Notes: generated by a model from the sequence alone, not told the origin. Shown: positions 1 through 11,376, numbered from the whole stretch's first letter. The stretch is 63,997 bases of DNA, filler included, from Malassezia furfur (GCA_052055015.1; 4 parts of 4 records of this genome joined end to end with filler, not necessarily neighbours in it), one strand, 5' to 3'. Numbers and translations are program-made.

Positions 1-837
1 GGCCGGCGCGCTCGGCGCGCTCGGCGGCGCCTGGGCGGACGGCGCAGCCGGCGCACTAGTGGCCGGCGCGTCCTCCGCGTCGTCCTCCGAGTACGACCCG
101 TACTCTTCGACGTCGCGCGTCACCGTGTAGCCCTTTTCGTTTTTCGTCTTGATCTTGCGCACGACCAGCCGCCGCTTGCGCCCGGGCTTGCTGGGGTGTG
201 GCTCGCCCTCGCGCTTGGTATCTACGCGTGCCGGTGCCGCGGCGGGTTTGGAGTCGTCTGTGGGCGGCGCGGCGGGTTTGGTGTCGTCCGCAGGCGGCTT
301 GGCAGGCTTCGTGTCCTTGGCGGGCGGGGGCCGACGCGGCGCGACGGCCGGCAGATCGCCCGACGGCGTATGTGCGTTTGTGATGGCGCCGAGGCGGCTG
401 GTGTCTGCCTGTACACGCGCGAGCATCTCGGCGTCGTGCAGCGTCTCGCGGTTGACCGACGCGAGGAGCGGCGCGTCGTACGACTTGTGGGCCTGCACGG
501 CATACAGGAGGCACTCGGGGGCCGTGTACTGTGCGCGTGCGTTGTCGAGCGCGTCGGAGCCCACGAGCTCGATCGTTTCGACGGTTGCGCCCGTATCCGC
601 GTCCTTGCGCTGGCCCCGCACGACATAGGTCGCGTACACCGACGCGTCGTCCTGGCGCGTCATCCAGTCGTGCATAGTGCTGTGTGAGCGCGTCAAGACG
701 TACGTGCGCGCGTCATCCAGAGCGATCCCACATGCCCGGCTGAGCAGCCGGCACGTCACCTGCGTGAGTGCTGCTCCACGTACCGCCTGCCGCTCGTGCA
801 GCACGCGCGCGACCAAGAACGCGCTGGGTGCCTGCAT
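1..837 (-). CDS. CDC27: DNA polymerase delta subunit 3 (Cdc27/POLD3/Pol32 family), 3' end runs off window
   Basis: Not in ORF track. Manual translation from ATG 837 with 24-nt introns 760-783 and 680-703 gives MQAPSAFLVARVLHERQAVTCRLLSRACG... and later RKRRLVVRKIKTKNEKGYTVTRDVEEYESYSE, typical of the N- and C-terminal motifs of the S. pombe-type Pol delta Cdc27 family (not APC/C CDC27). Confidence 0.8.
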   Translation of the reverse strand, partial: MQAPSAFLVARVLHERQAVRGAALTQVTCRLLSRACGIALDDARTYVLTRSHSTMHDWMTRQDDASVYATYVVRGQRKDADTGATVETIELVGSDALDNARAQYTAPECLLYAVQAHKSYDAPLLASVNRETLHDAEMLARVQADTSRLGAITNAHTPSGDLPAVAPRRPPPAKDTKPAKPPADDTKPAAPPTDDSKPAAAPARVDTKREGEPHPSKPGRKRRLVVRKIKTKNEKGYTVTRDVEEYGSYSEDDAEDAPATSAPAAPSAQAPPSAPSAPA

Positions 838-872
838 GATGGTGCGTCGAGGAAATAAGTTTTCGTCGCACC

Positions 873-2386
873 ATGAGCCAGACGGATGGGAAGAGTGCGT
901 GGGCACGACTGACGCAGCGGTAGAGTCGCTTTCGTCGCGACTCGGCGGAATTCTGTCCGACGCATTCAAAGAGGAAGACAGCGAGGACGAGCTGCCTGGC
1001 GGCCCCGTGCCGTCCAAGAAGCCCGAGGCGAAGCCCGCGCAGCCCGCGGCGGACGACGCGAAGAAGGACGCACAGAAGGACGCGCAGCCGGCTGCGGCGC
1101 CCGCGTCGGGCGCTCCGGCGGACAGCTCGTCGCTGCGTGAGTCGCAATACGATGTGCAGGTGACGCTTGCCGACCAGCAGGCGGACCCCAACTCGCCGCT
1201 GTACTCGGTCAAGTCGTTTGACGAGCTCGGCCTGCACGAAGACCTGCTCAAGGGCATCTACTCGATGAAGTTTACCAAGCCGTCCAAGATCCAGGAGCGT
1301 GCTTTGCCGCTGCTGCTGCAGAACCCGCCGCGGAACATGATCGGGCAGTCGCAGTCGGGCACAGGCAAGACGGCGGCGTTTGTGCTGACGATGCTCTCGC
1401 GTATCGACTTCAGCGTCGACAAGCCGCAGGCGATTGCGCTTGCGCCCTCGCGCGAACTTGCGCGCCAGATCATGGACGTTGTGCAGGCGATGGGCAAGTT
1501 TACGCCCGTCAAGACCGCGTTTGCGATCCCCGATGCGATCAAGCGCGGCGAAAAGGTGCAGGCGCACCTGGTCGTCGGCACGCCCGGCAAGACGTTTGAC
1601 CTGATCAAGACGCGTGCGCTCGACCCCTCGGCGGTCAAGGTGTTTGTGCTGGACGAGGCGGACAACATGCTCGACCAGCAGGGCCTCGGCGAGCAGAGTA
1701 TCCGCGTGAAGAACACCATGCCGCGCAGTTGCCAGATTGTGCTCTTCTCGGCGACATTCCCGGAGAACGTGCACAACTTTGCGGTCAAGTTTGCGCCGAA
1801 CGCGAACGAGATCCGGCTCAAGCAGGAGGAGCTGAGCGTGGAGAGCATCCGGCAGTTCTACATGGATTGCCGCTCGGAGGAGCACAAGTACGAAGTGCTT
1901 GTCGAGCTCTACAACCTGCTCACCATCGGCCAGAGCATCATCTTCTGTGCGCGTCGTGACACTGCGGACCGGATAGCGAAGCGGATGACCGACGAGGGGC
2001 ACCGTGTCGACTCGCTGCACGGCAAGCTGGACAACACGGAGCGTGACAAGACCATCGACAACTTCCGGTCCGGGCGCAGCAAGGTGCTGATTGCCACAAA
2101 CGTCATTGCGCGCGGCATCGATATCCAGCAAGTGACGCTCGTGATCAACTACGACATGCCCCTCACGCAAAAGGGCGAGCCGGACACGGAGACCTACCTG
2201 CACCGCATCGGGCGCACCGGGCGCTTTGGGCGCCGCGGCGTTTCGATCAACTTCGTGCACGATGCCGAGTCGAAGCGCCAGATGGAGACGATCGAAAAGG
2301 CGCTGCACTGCACCATGGTGCCCGTGCAGACCGACGACGTGGAGGCGATGGAGACGACCATCAAGGACGCGCTCAAGGCCGCATAG
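873..2386 (+). CDS. DBP5: DEAD-box RNA helicase Dbp5 (mRNA export)
   Basis: QSQSGTGKTAAF, DEAD, SAT, HRIGRTGRFG motifs and LADQQADPNSPLYSVKSF. Start ATG 873, 23-nt intron 895-917. Confidence 0.95.
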
Positions 2387-2426
2387 CATGCAGGATTAGA
2401 TAAGTCGTGTTTCGCTGCCCCCCGCC

Positions 2427-4433
2427 ATGGCGCATCCGGCGGCCCGGCGCGAGTCGCACGGCGACGTGTCGCTCCTGTCGCTTGCAGGCGACGAGAGCGG
2501 CGACGCGATCACTGCGCCCGCAGCCATCGCAGCGGTGCCGGACGGCCAACGCAACGCACTGCAGCGCTGGATTTTGTCGCTCGCGCTCGTCAACTTCGAT
2601 CTGGAGCTGGGGCCCGATGTCGAGTTCATGTACCCGCCACTGGGCATCAGCAAGGAGGAGAAGGACAACATCGCGTTCTCCTCGTTCCCAGATACGACCG
2701 TGTTTAGCGACGGGAGCCTCGTCTTCTCCTGGCGCGTGCGCGAAGTGCCGCTCGAAGAGTCGCGTGCCAAGCCGCCCCAGATTCCCGACGTCGCCCAGCC
2801 GACGCGGCACGCGTCGATGCGCCAGAAAACGCGCCGGTCCTCGGCCATGCTCACGCGGCACGCATCGCTGCGCTCCGCGGGGCGCGCCGCGCGCAGTTTT
2901 CTGCAGCGCGCCGAGCCGCCCGAGCCAGATGCGTCGCCGGGGAGCAGTCGCTCCACCAGCTACATCTACGGCTACACCTTCTTTCGGCAAAGGCGCGACG
3001 CATCGCTACGCCGTGGTTACTTCCAAAAGTCGCTCGTGATCCTGACGCACCTGCCGTACGTCGCTCTCTTTACTGAGCTCGTTGGACAGCTCGGCGCGAA
3101 CTTTTTCGAGCATGGCCTGCCCGTGCTCGAGTCGTTTGTGCAGGAGGTCATTGCGTGGCCCGACCCACGCGCCGGCGCGACGCTTGCACTGCCATTCCTC
3201 GGCCAGGTGCTCAATGTCGCGCTGCCGCACGGCCACGAGGCGCAGAACGGCGACTGGGCGCAGACGTCCAGGCGGGGGCTGCAGCCGCAGCCGCTCCTCG
3301 CATCCGTGCCGCAGACCTCGCTGATGGTCGTATTCCGCTCGCTGATCCCCAGCCTGTGGCTCATCTGGGAGTGCATGCTGCTCGCCGAGCCGATCCTCGT
3401 CGTGGCGCGCGACCCACGCACCGTAAGCGAGGCGGTATGGCACATGGTGGACCTGGTGCGCCCGGTGCAGTATGCGGGCGACTTCCGGCCCTACTTCCAC
3501 ATTCACGACTACGACTTCAAGGCGCTCGCGACACGCAACAAGCCACAGGCGGGCACGACGCTCGGCGTGACAAATCCCTTCTTTTTGCAGACGTGTGCGC
3601 ACTGGCCACACCTGCTGCAGCTCGAAAGCGCCGCGTGCGGTACGCCCGCCACACCGAGTGCACACGTGCAGCGTACCTCGGGCGCGGCGCAGGCCACCTT
3701 CACATCGCCGCGCAAGCGGCACGTAAGCAAGGACCGCGTTCTGCTCCGCGAGGTGCTGGCACTCGCGGAACAGCCGGCAGAGCTGGACCATGCCAGTGCG
3801 CTGCTGCGGCACTACTTTGCGGACCTCACTGAGCGCTTCCTCGCGCCGCTAAACCGATACATGGCGTCGCTGATCCCTGCCGACTTCACGCTGTCGTCCC
3901 CTGCCGAGACGCCGCAGGTGCGTCCGTTCAACCGCGCAGCGTTCCTCGCGTCGCTGAAGACGCACAGCACGCCGCTGCGCATGCGGCAGCGCACGCTATC
4001 CACCGCGAGCACGCTGCGGCACGCGCTCTACTCCGACTTTCTGCAGTGCCCCAACTTCTCGCTGTGGCTGCAGTCGCGCATTGCCGCTGCCGAGGAGGAG
4101 CAGCGCCAGCGGCGCATTGCGGCGCTTGCTGACGGCGACGTCGTGGCATTTGGGCGCACGCGGCCAGAGATCGAGGTGGTCGATCTGTATCTGCGTTTGG
4201 TACAGGAGCTACATGCCATCGACGACGCCGTTGCGCGCCCGGCCACGAGTGGCCCTGGGCAGCGCTGGCGCACGATGCAGGAGTCGGATCCGCTGCCAGT
4301 GCCAAGTGCACCGCGCGCGCTTGTTGCACAGCGCGCGCGGCTTCAGGCGCAGCTCGAGAAGCTGTGTGCTACAATGCCTGCCAACCTGCGGGCGGGGCTG
4401 GACGCAAAGCACAAGATACCCCTTACACGTTAG
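2427..4433 (+). CDS. DENN-domain protein, DENND6/FAM116 family (Rab GEF)
   Basis: VNFDLELGP, NIAFSSFPD, RRGYFQKSLVIL, DFRPYFHIHD, GVTNPFF motifs. Confidence 0.85.
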   Translation: MAHPAARRESHGDVSLLSLAGDESGDAITAPAAIAAVPDGQRNALQRWILSLALVNFDLELGPDVEFMYPPLGISKEEKDNIAFSSFPDTTVFSDGSLVFSWRVREVPLEESRAKPPQIPDVAQPTRHASMRQKTRRSSAMLTRHASLRSAGRAARSFLQRAEPPEPDASPGSSRSTSYIYGYTFFRQRRDASLRRGYFQKSLVILTHLPYVALFTELVGQLGANFFEHGLPVLESFVQEVIAWPDPRAGATLALPFLGQVLNVALPHGHEAQNGDWAQTSRRGLQPQPLLASVPQTSLMVVFRSLIPSLWLIWECMLLAEPILVVARDPRTVSEAVWHMVDLVRPVQYAGDFRPYFHIHDYDFKALATRNKPQAGTTLGVTNPFFLQTCAHWPHLLQLESAACGTPATPSAHVQRTSGAAQATFTSPRKRHVSKDRVLLREVLALAEQPAELDHASALLRHYFADLTERFLAPLNRYMASLIPADFTLSSPAETPQVRPFNRAAFLASLKTHSTPLRMRQRTLSTASTLRHALYSDFLQCPNFSLWLQSRIAAAEEEQRQRRIAALADGDVVAFGRTRPEIEVVDLYLRLVQELHAIDDAVARPATSGPGQRWRTMQESDPLPVPSAPRALVAQRARLQAQLEKLCATMPANLRAGLDAKHKIPLTR

Positions 4434-4786
4434 TAGCTAGGCGAAAGCAGGCGGCGCAGCATGCGCGACACAGGGCCCTGGGACACGACCTTGGTGCCGT
4501 TCAGACGGTGCAGGCGCACGCGCGACATGCCCGAGTTGAGGTGCTGCTTGTTCGAGCTGTTCCGCTTGAACTTCATCGCGACCGGGTTGCCCTTGGCGGA
4601 GCCGAGCACCGGGAAGAAGCGCTTCTTGGCGCCCGAGTGGGACTTGAGCTTGGTGTGCTTCACGGCCGGCCGTGGCGCAGCAAAGGCAGCAGCTGAGGTA
4701 TGCAGCGCCGCACGCAGCGGCGTGCCGCGCGCCGCGCCCACGCCCCCCGTGAGCAGCGCACGCGCGCTCGACAGCCAGGGCAGCAT
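4430..4786 (-). CDS. Mitochondrial ribosomal protein bL35m with presequence
   Basis: KLKSHSGAKKRF...FKRNSSNKQHLNSGMS matches the bL35 signature; Arg/Ala-rich N-terminus from ATG 4786. Confidence 0.85.
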   Translation of the reverse strand: MLPWLSSARALLTGGVGAARGTPLRAALHTSAAAFAAPRPAVKHTKLKSHSGAKKRFFPVLGSAKGNPVAMKFKRNSSNKQHLNSGMSRVRLHRLNGTKVVSQGPVSRMLRRLLSPSY

Positions 4787-4858
4787 CGTGGAAGAAGACG
4801 GCACGTGATATGCCCCCGCCTCCGCTCGCACGCACGACCTCGGAGCCGGACGAGCCGG

Positions 4859-6797
4859 ATGGGCGGCGAGGTAGGTGACGCGCCAAGCGAGAGCGCGCAG
4901 CATGCCGCCGAATCGTACGGCGAGCTTATGGCACTATATGACAAGCACGCGGTCACCATAACCGAGCTGCACATGACGCTCGTGGACGAGGTGCCGCGGC
5001 GGCTCGCGTCAATGGCCTCCTACACGGACGAGGCGCTGCGCATTGCGCGCGACTACGTGGACGATGTCGCGCTGATCTTCCGGTTCCTGAAACGTGCGCA
5101 CTTTGATACAGAAGCCATGCGGAACATGCTATACGCGACGCTGCAGTGGCTCCTCGAGGCGGACATTGACGACCTCGCGACCGATCTGCTCCACGCGTCG
5201 TACATGAGCGACACGAACAATGGCATCCCGCTGTTCTGGCTGCATTCGCGCTTCCGCGACCGGCTGGGGCGCCCGTGTCTTGCGGTGCGCCTGCAGCACG
5301 CCGAGCGTGCGCCCGACGGCCTGCGCGACCTCAAGACGAACATCATTGCGAGCATGGACGTCGTGCGGCGCTATCTGCACCACGTGAACCGGCGGTGTCC
5401 CAAGTCGGCGCCGGTGCTACAGAGCGTGCTGATCATTGATGTCGCCGAATCGGGCATCTTCAACTTTGAGCTGGAGCTCATGCCGTTCCTGGTAGACCTG
5501 TTCAAGAATCACTACCCCGGCCTGTTTGGCACGGTGTTTGTGGTGAACTACGGCTGGCTCCAGTCGGGGCTGTGGCGCATCCTGAAGCCTGTGCTGCCGC
5601 CCAAGCTGCTCGCGCGCCTCCTGTTTGTCAACAAGGAAGAGCTGCGGCAGCACTTTGACACTGCGCTGCCGCAGCAGTTCGGCGGTGCCTTGCCCATACC
5701 CATTGCGCCTGACACAAGCGACATCTTCAATTTTTACGCGCGCTCTGTCGCATGGCGCAAGCCCGAGCATGGTCAAGACCGCATCCCGCCAGCCCTGCGG
5801 ATGCGGAACACCGACTTTGAGAGCATCTATGACGTGATGTCGCGCGTCGGCTCAGTACGTCCTCGCCTCACTGACCCAGCCCTACGCGTCGCACAATGTG
5901 TCCCCCATGACGATGCGCACACCCGTGACGAGCGGGCCCAGCACACCGCGCACGCGTGCGTCGTCGTCGCCGCAGCTACCGGCGCAAAGCAACGTGCTGC
6001 AGACCCACAGCCCCGGCTACGTATCGCCCGGCCTCCGGCGGCACCACCGGCGCAGCTCCGATCCGCTGCTGGTGAATGATGCGCCCTGGGGCCAGCAGCC
6101 GGGCCCGTCGCTGAAGCAGTGGATCGCGACGTGGATGCAGTCACGCGACGAGCCGGGAGAGGACGTCGAGGACATTCCGCGCATCGAGCTGCCCCAGCCC
6201 GTGGCACCACCGGCCGAAGCACGCACCACCGTGGACGGCAGCAGCGGCGATCAGACGCCCGCCGCCGAGCACAACACGGTCACACACTACTTTTCCTGGC
6301 GTGCACACAAGTACGCACAGATGGACGGGCATGTCTCGCCGTACAACATCGAGAACCCGTACTTTGGATACCCCGCGTCGTATGTGGACCACGATGTGCC
6401 GCACGACGATGCAAGCACGACGAGCGTGGTCAACACCACCGACCGCAGCAACCTTCCCGGCCTCTCGCGGCAGTTGCGCGTGCGGCGACGCAAGCGCGAC
6501 TTGCTGCGCACGCTCAGCTACTTATTTGTGCTGCGCCTGGTCAATTTCTACCGGCAAACGCGGCACACGGCCATCGTCGTGTACTGGATGGTGGTCGGCC
6601 ACCCAAGCCAAGAGCGGGTTTCGCGCACCATTTCGCGCTCGCTGACGCGCACAACACGTGGAATTGGTGCCAGCATCACCGAGTTTCTCTCCGAAATTCG
6701 CATGCGTTCCGTGCTAGTTATTGGCATGCTGCTGGTGCTGCGCCTCGCTCCTCTGCGGCGACCCCTCCAGAAGGGGTGGGGATCGACAGGTAGATAG
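4859..6797 (+). CDS. CRAL-TRIO (Sec14-like) lipid-binding protein with disordered region and hydrophobic C-terminal segments
   Basis: FRFLKRAHFD, DRLGRP, HYPGLFGTVFVVNYGWLQSGLWRILKPVLP; two ORFs joined by 25-nt intron 5855-5879. Confidence 0.8.
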
Positions 6798-6827
6798 CGC
6801 GACGAGCAACAAGCAAGGCAGGCACGC

Positions 6828-7104
6828 CTACTTGCTATCTTTCTGGGCCTCGGCGAGGAACTGCTTGATGAACGCGTCTTCCTCACTGTGTGAGCCTCGT
6901 GGTACGTACGCGTCCTGGCCGCCGAGCACCGCCGGAGCCGGCGCGGAGGCGGAAGCACCGGAGCTCTGCTTGTCCTTCGACCCGCCGCGCGTGGCCGCGT
7001 AGGCAGCAAGGCCGATCGCACTGTACGTGCCGAGCACAAGGTACTCGTTCAGGACTTTCACGCCTGCGTCAGCGCGCGCACGTACCGAAGATGTTGTAGG
7101 ACAT
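6828..7104 (-). CDS. ATP19: Mitochondrial ATP synthase subunit k (Atp19)
   Basis: MSYNIFGVKVLNEYLVLGT...EEDAFIKQFLAE; introns 7064-7085 (22 nt) and probably 6886-6909 (24 nt). Confidence 0.8.
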
Positions 7105-8905
7105 GGTGGTATCGATCGAGCACCACCCGTCGCTGCCCGAGCTCGTTTCGGCCGAGTTCACGGAGGCCCATGCGCTTATGCAAGAAGACACCGGTGGCTC
7201 GACGATGACCACGAGCGCGGATGCCGCGCTCGCGCGACCTGCGGCACGCGGCAGCAGCGGGGACGCACACACAGCACGCGGACCCACCACTGCACCGCGA
7301 CTCGTGATGAGCGGGGTAGAGCCACTCGACCCGGGTGCCGATCCTTTGTCTCATGCTGCGCCATCGGTGTCTAACAAAGCGGGCACGTCCGTCGCCCCGA
7401 TTTCCGCAGAGGGCATGTCGACGCCGGGACGCCCACAGGCACGCAAAATGAGCTTGATGCTCCCGAGTGAGTCGCATGGCAACTCGCCGCTCAAAACACT
7501 ACACATGTCACGGTCTATGTCGAGCCTCGCCACGCCCACACGCTCGACCGACGCACGGCGGCGGCGACCGCGCGTCTCGTACGTCACATCGCCGCCTGGA
7601 AAGGACTTGACGGCGAGTCCGCAGCAGACCACACCGACGCCCGCGATGCCCAAGTCGGGCCCCGCATCGCAGCCCGATGCTACTGCATCTACGGCAGGTC
7701 AGGGCGGCGCCGTCGACGTGGACGCGCTCCTAGAAGCATGTGCGAACTACTCACGGAACAATGACCCAAAACGGAACGGGTCACTCCATGCCGATATGCT
7801 GCACGCAATCGCGGCCAAGGAGCGACTATGCCTCGAGCTGCGCGAGCAGCTGCAGAACGAAGAGGCACACCTCAAAGCACTGCAGAATGCGTGGCAACGT
7901 CTCGCGACGCGCGGCGGTGTCAAGGTCGTCTCGTCGTCGATAGCCTCGCCCAAGCACCCGGAACTGCTCCGCCGGCGACAGTCGAATATTCTGTCGCCGT
8001 CGAGCATCCAGGCGCGGCGCACAGAGCAGTCGACTCCTGTTGCGCCTGTACGCCCGCCGAGCGAGGCACGCCCCAGTCCGTCGCCCTCCAAGCTCCCCGA
8101 GTTGTCGTGGCGCATGCGGCTTCCGCATCAGCTCTCGTCGTGGGTCGAGCATGTAACACCGACGCATGAGCCCTCTACAGCGCCGGCGCCCCAGCGCACG
8201 CCAGCACACGACGTGGCCCAGTGGCTCTCTTCGCGCGAAATGGAGAGCGGGCGCACGCCTGCAACGCCGCGCGTCGCCGCCGACGTGCTAAACCAGCCAC
8301 AGACAGCCGGGTCAGCGACATTGGCCGAGCGGCGCATGTCGAGCGTTTTGCCAAACCAGGCGCCGGAACTGCCACCGAAGGAGAGCGACGGGCTCGGCGA
8401 CAAACTGCTCTCGGGCTGGAATGTGTTGTCCAAGCGCCTGATTGAGACGACCTCGACACTCACCGACCCACAGACGTGGAACGAAGGGCTGGCGGGTCCC
8501 CCTAGCAGCCGGGGTTCCTTGCCGCGCGACTACATGAGCGATGCGCCGGATAGCAATGCGTCCGACTCCATGCGGCCACTGTCGAGCTTGCCTACTCCGA
8601 TGGGTGCTGGAGCAAGTGTGCTCGGCATGCGCTCAATCATGTCCCAGAAACGCTATGCCGACGACGAGCCGTTAACGAAAGGCCCCGACGCTCCACCCGT
8701 CCCGCCCAAGGAACACGAGCCCAGCTCGCGGCGTGCTTCGCGACCGCTGTCGCACGCAGCCGACCGACCGCCGTACGCGCTCGGCGCAGACGAGGGAGGA
8801 GGCGATGCGGGCTATGCTGCCAACCTAATCGATATGGACGACACGCACACGGGTGGGGTGCGGCACATCGACGACGTGGGAGATACGTCGATTGACGATA
8901 TGTGA
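7103..8905 (+). CDS. Ser/Pro-rich protein with a short coiled coil (Tda11/DUF4048-like); true start may be a downstream ATG (e.g. 7178)
   Basis: 600-aa ORF; IAAKERLCLELREQLQNEEAHLKALQNAW resembles the fungal 'ERxVLELREEL...LK.QW' coiled-coil motif. Confidence 0.6.
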   Translation: MVVSIEHHPSLPELVSAEFTEAHALMQEDTGGSTMTTSADAALARPAARGSSGDAHTARGPTTAPRLVMSGVEPLDPGADPLSHAAPSVSNKAGTSVAPISAEGMSTPGRPQARKMSLMLPSESHGNSPLKTLHMSRSMSSLATPTRSTDARRRRPRVSYVTSPPGKDLTASPQQTTPTPAMPKSGPASQPDATASTAGQGGAVDVDALLEACANYSRNNDPKRNGSLHADMLHAIAAKERLCLELREQLQNEEAHLKALQNAWQRLATRGGVKVVSSSIASPKHPELLRRRQSNILSPSSIQARRTEQSTPVAPVRPPSEARPSPSPSKLPELSWRMRLPHQLSSWVEHVTPTHEPSTAPAPQRTPAHDVAQWLSSREMESGRTPATPRVAADVLNQPQTAGSATLAERRMSSVLPNQAPELPPKESDGLGDKLLSGWNVLSKRLIETTSTLTDPQTWNEGLAGPPSSRGSLPRDYMSDAPDSNASDSMRPLSSLPTPMGAGASVLGMRSIMSQKRYADDEPLTKGPDAPPVPPKEHEPSSRRASRPLSHAADRPPYALGADEGGGDAGYAANLIDMDDTHTGGVRHIDDVGDTSIDDM

Positions 8906-9194
8906 CCTGCCACGCTTCATGCGTGATGCCGGCTCACTCATCTACGTGCACGGAGCGCATACACATGCGCTCCCTTACATTCTCTGACACTATGCTTCAA
9001 GCTGACGCCCATAGACATCTCCTCATAATGACGAATCTCACGAGACAAATTCTGGCGCATCAGCAAGCAGATGCTCTGAGTCTAGACTCTGAACAACACG
9101 CAAATGTCAGGCGACAAAATGTGTCATTTTTTGGTAGCGCAAGTGTAACTGCCAGGCTGGGGTGGCTCCTAAGAACATGCGTATAGGTACACGA

Positions 9195-9656
9195 TTAGGC
9201 CTCCTGGGCACGAACACGCGCGTTGGCGTTGGTCACACGCACACCAAGCACCTTGGCCCTGTCGGTTAGTCGCACATTCACACTTGGTAACATACTTCTC
9301 CAGAATCTCAATGCGCTTCTTGCTGCTCACGTTGTGCGCAACCTCGGCGGCGAAGGTGTTGTTGTGCCTGCGCGGTCAGTCGATATGCGTTCCACGTACA
9401 TCAGAAGCAGCTCAACGTCCTTGGGGTTGCTGACCACAAAGCGGCGGAAGCCGTTCGGGAGGAGGTGGCGGGTCTTCTTGTTCGAGCCGTAACCGATCTT
9501 GGGCATGGCCATCGTGCCCTTGAAGCGGCGGCGGACACAGTTGTCAATACCAGTGGGCTTGCGCCACGACTCGCCGACACGCTTGAAGCGGTCAGACTGG
9601 TGGCGCTTGAACCGGTTCGTCCGCTTCTTGACAATCGGAATGGTAGTAGCCGCCAT
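9195..9656 (-). CDS. RPL32: 60S ribosomal protein eL32
   Basis: [50 protein letters not shown]; two CDS introns (about 9369-9399 and 9259-9295) plus a 5'-UTR intron 9663-9705. Confidence 0.97.
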
Positions 9657-9968
9657 TTTTACCTGCACGGGTGTTAGCCTCCGGACGACGACGAGCGCTA
9701 CGCACAAATCCACAGCAATGACCGTTGGTGAGCAGAACCGAGACCGATTTTCGGCGGCGAAGGTGCTCACGCACTTCGGCCGAGGCACATGGAACTACAG
9801 TTTCTATTTTGTCACATGACCTCAAGGGGCGGAGGTCTACGGCGGACGCCTGCTCCCTGTCGTTTTACCACCCGCCGGCAAACCGTCAAGGTACGTTGTG
9901 GTGTGCACGACGTGCGGACGTCGTGTCCCGTCGAGAACAGCTACTGACCACCATTAGTCTCATTTGCC

Positions 9969-10610
9969 ATGTCTCTTCAGCAGAGCACCCCGTACATTGT
10001 CGACGGCAAGGGCCACCTGCTCGGTCGTCTCGCCTCGATCCTGGCCAAGCAGATCCTCTCGGGCCAGAAGGTGACCGTCGTGCGCGCTGAGCTTATCAAC
10101 GTGTCCGGCAACTTCTTCCGGAACAAGGTATGTTTCCTCATTGCTTACCGTTAGCTCAAGTACCTTGCGTTCATGCACAAGCGTCACCTTGTGAACCCGA
10201 AGAAGAACGGTCCCTTCCACCACCGTGCTCCTTCGCGTATCCTGATCCGTGCCGTCCGCGGTATGGTTCCCTACAAGACCGCCCGTGGTGCGGCTGCGAT
10301 GGAGCGCCTCAAGGTCTACGAGGGTGTGCCCCAGCCTTACGACCGCAAGAAGAAGCTCGTCATCCCCGACGCGCTCCGCGTGCTGCGCCTGAAGCCCGGC
10401 CGTAAGTACGCCACGATCAAGCGTATCTCGAGCGAGTGCGGCTGGAAGTACAGCGAGACCGTCGACAAGCTCGAGGCCAAGCGCAAGGTCAAGCAGCAGG
10501 CGTTCCACGAGCGCAAGACTGCTGCGCTCAAGCGCCGCACTGCTGCGGCGACGGCGGCTGCCAGCCAGCTCCAGCCGATCAACGCGCAGCTCGAGAAGTT
10601 CGGCTACTAA
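9969..10610 (+). CDS. RPL16: 60S ribosomal protein uL13 (L16/L13a)
   Basis: [24 protein letters not shown]; 27-nt intron 10128-10154; 5'-UTR intron 9891-9957. Confidence 0.97.
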
Positions 10611-10960
10611 ATGTCTTGCGATTTCCAAAATCCTCGCGATACACACTTGACCGCTTGGGGGCTCGGCTCGGGTGTACCTTGTCGATGGCGTTATTGCGCA
10701 TGAAATGCACGTAATGCTAGCCGTGCCTCGCGTGCGTTCTGGCGCTTCGGCATCCTCGAGTTAGTCACGCATCTAGATTCCCCCTGTCCCACTGCGGCAG
10801 GCGTGCGTATGTATGCTAGAGGAATTTTTCTCTCATCCTATGATATGCTTAGTCAGAATCTGGCCTGTGAATTCGGGTTTCAAAGGATTGGTTGGGGAGA
10901 TGGGACGGGCGACCCGGATGTGGGGTAATCTTGCCTATCCTTGTCACCCACGACTCGACC

Positions 10961-11376
10961 ATGACAGCGTTTGGGTGGCTCGGCCACAAAGCAGACCTTT
11001 CTGCGCTGGGTATAGACGATGCATTCTTGCACTGGCCCATGCTCGGTGTCCAGTTCGTTCTCGCTGTGATCATCCACGGCTTCCAATTTTTCGCCGCGTT
11101 CGCCATGTTCCCAATTGCCTTGTTTGTGATCATGGAGCTATCCGGATACTTTGTCCTATTGACAACGGGTACGTGTTACGCTTCTTATACGCAGGAGTAC
11201 GTCATAAAGAGCGCGATGCAGCAGAGGAGGAGTTGTTACGGCAATCCGAACAGCCAAGCTCTAAGGAGAGCGCTCCTATTGTCTCTTCGACCTCGCTCGA
11301 CTCGGCCTGGCGGGGAACCACGGATGTCGCGGTCGAGACCACCTTGCGCAACCGTGCTATCGCAACTGGCGTGTAA
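10961..11376 (+). CDS. Small hypothetical membrane protein (about 129 aa)
   Basis: ATG 10961; hydrophobic exon 1 joined through a 26-nt GTACGT...CAG intron (11169-11194) to a hydrophilic exon ending TAA 11376. Confidence 0.55.
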
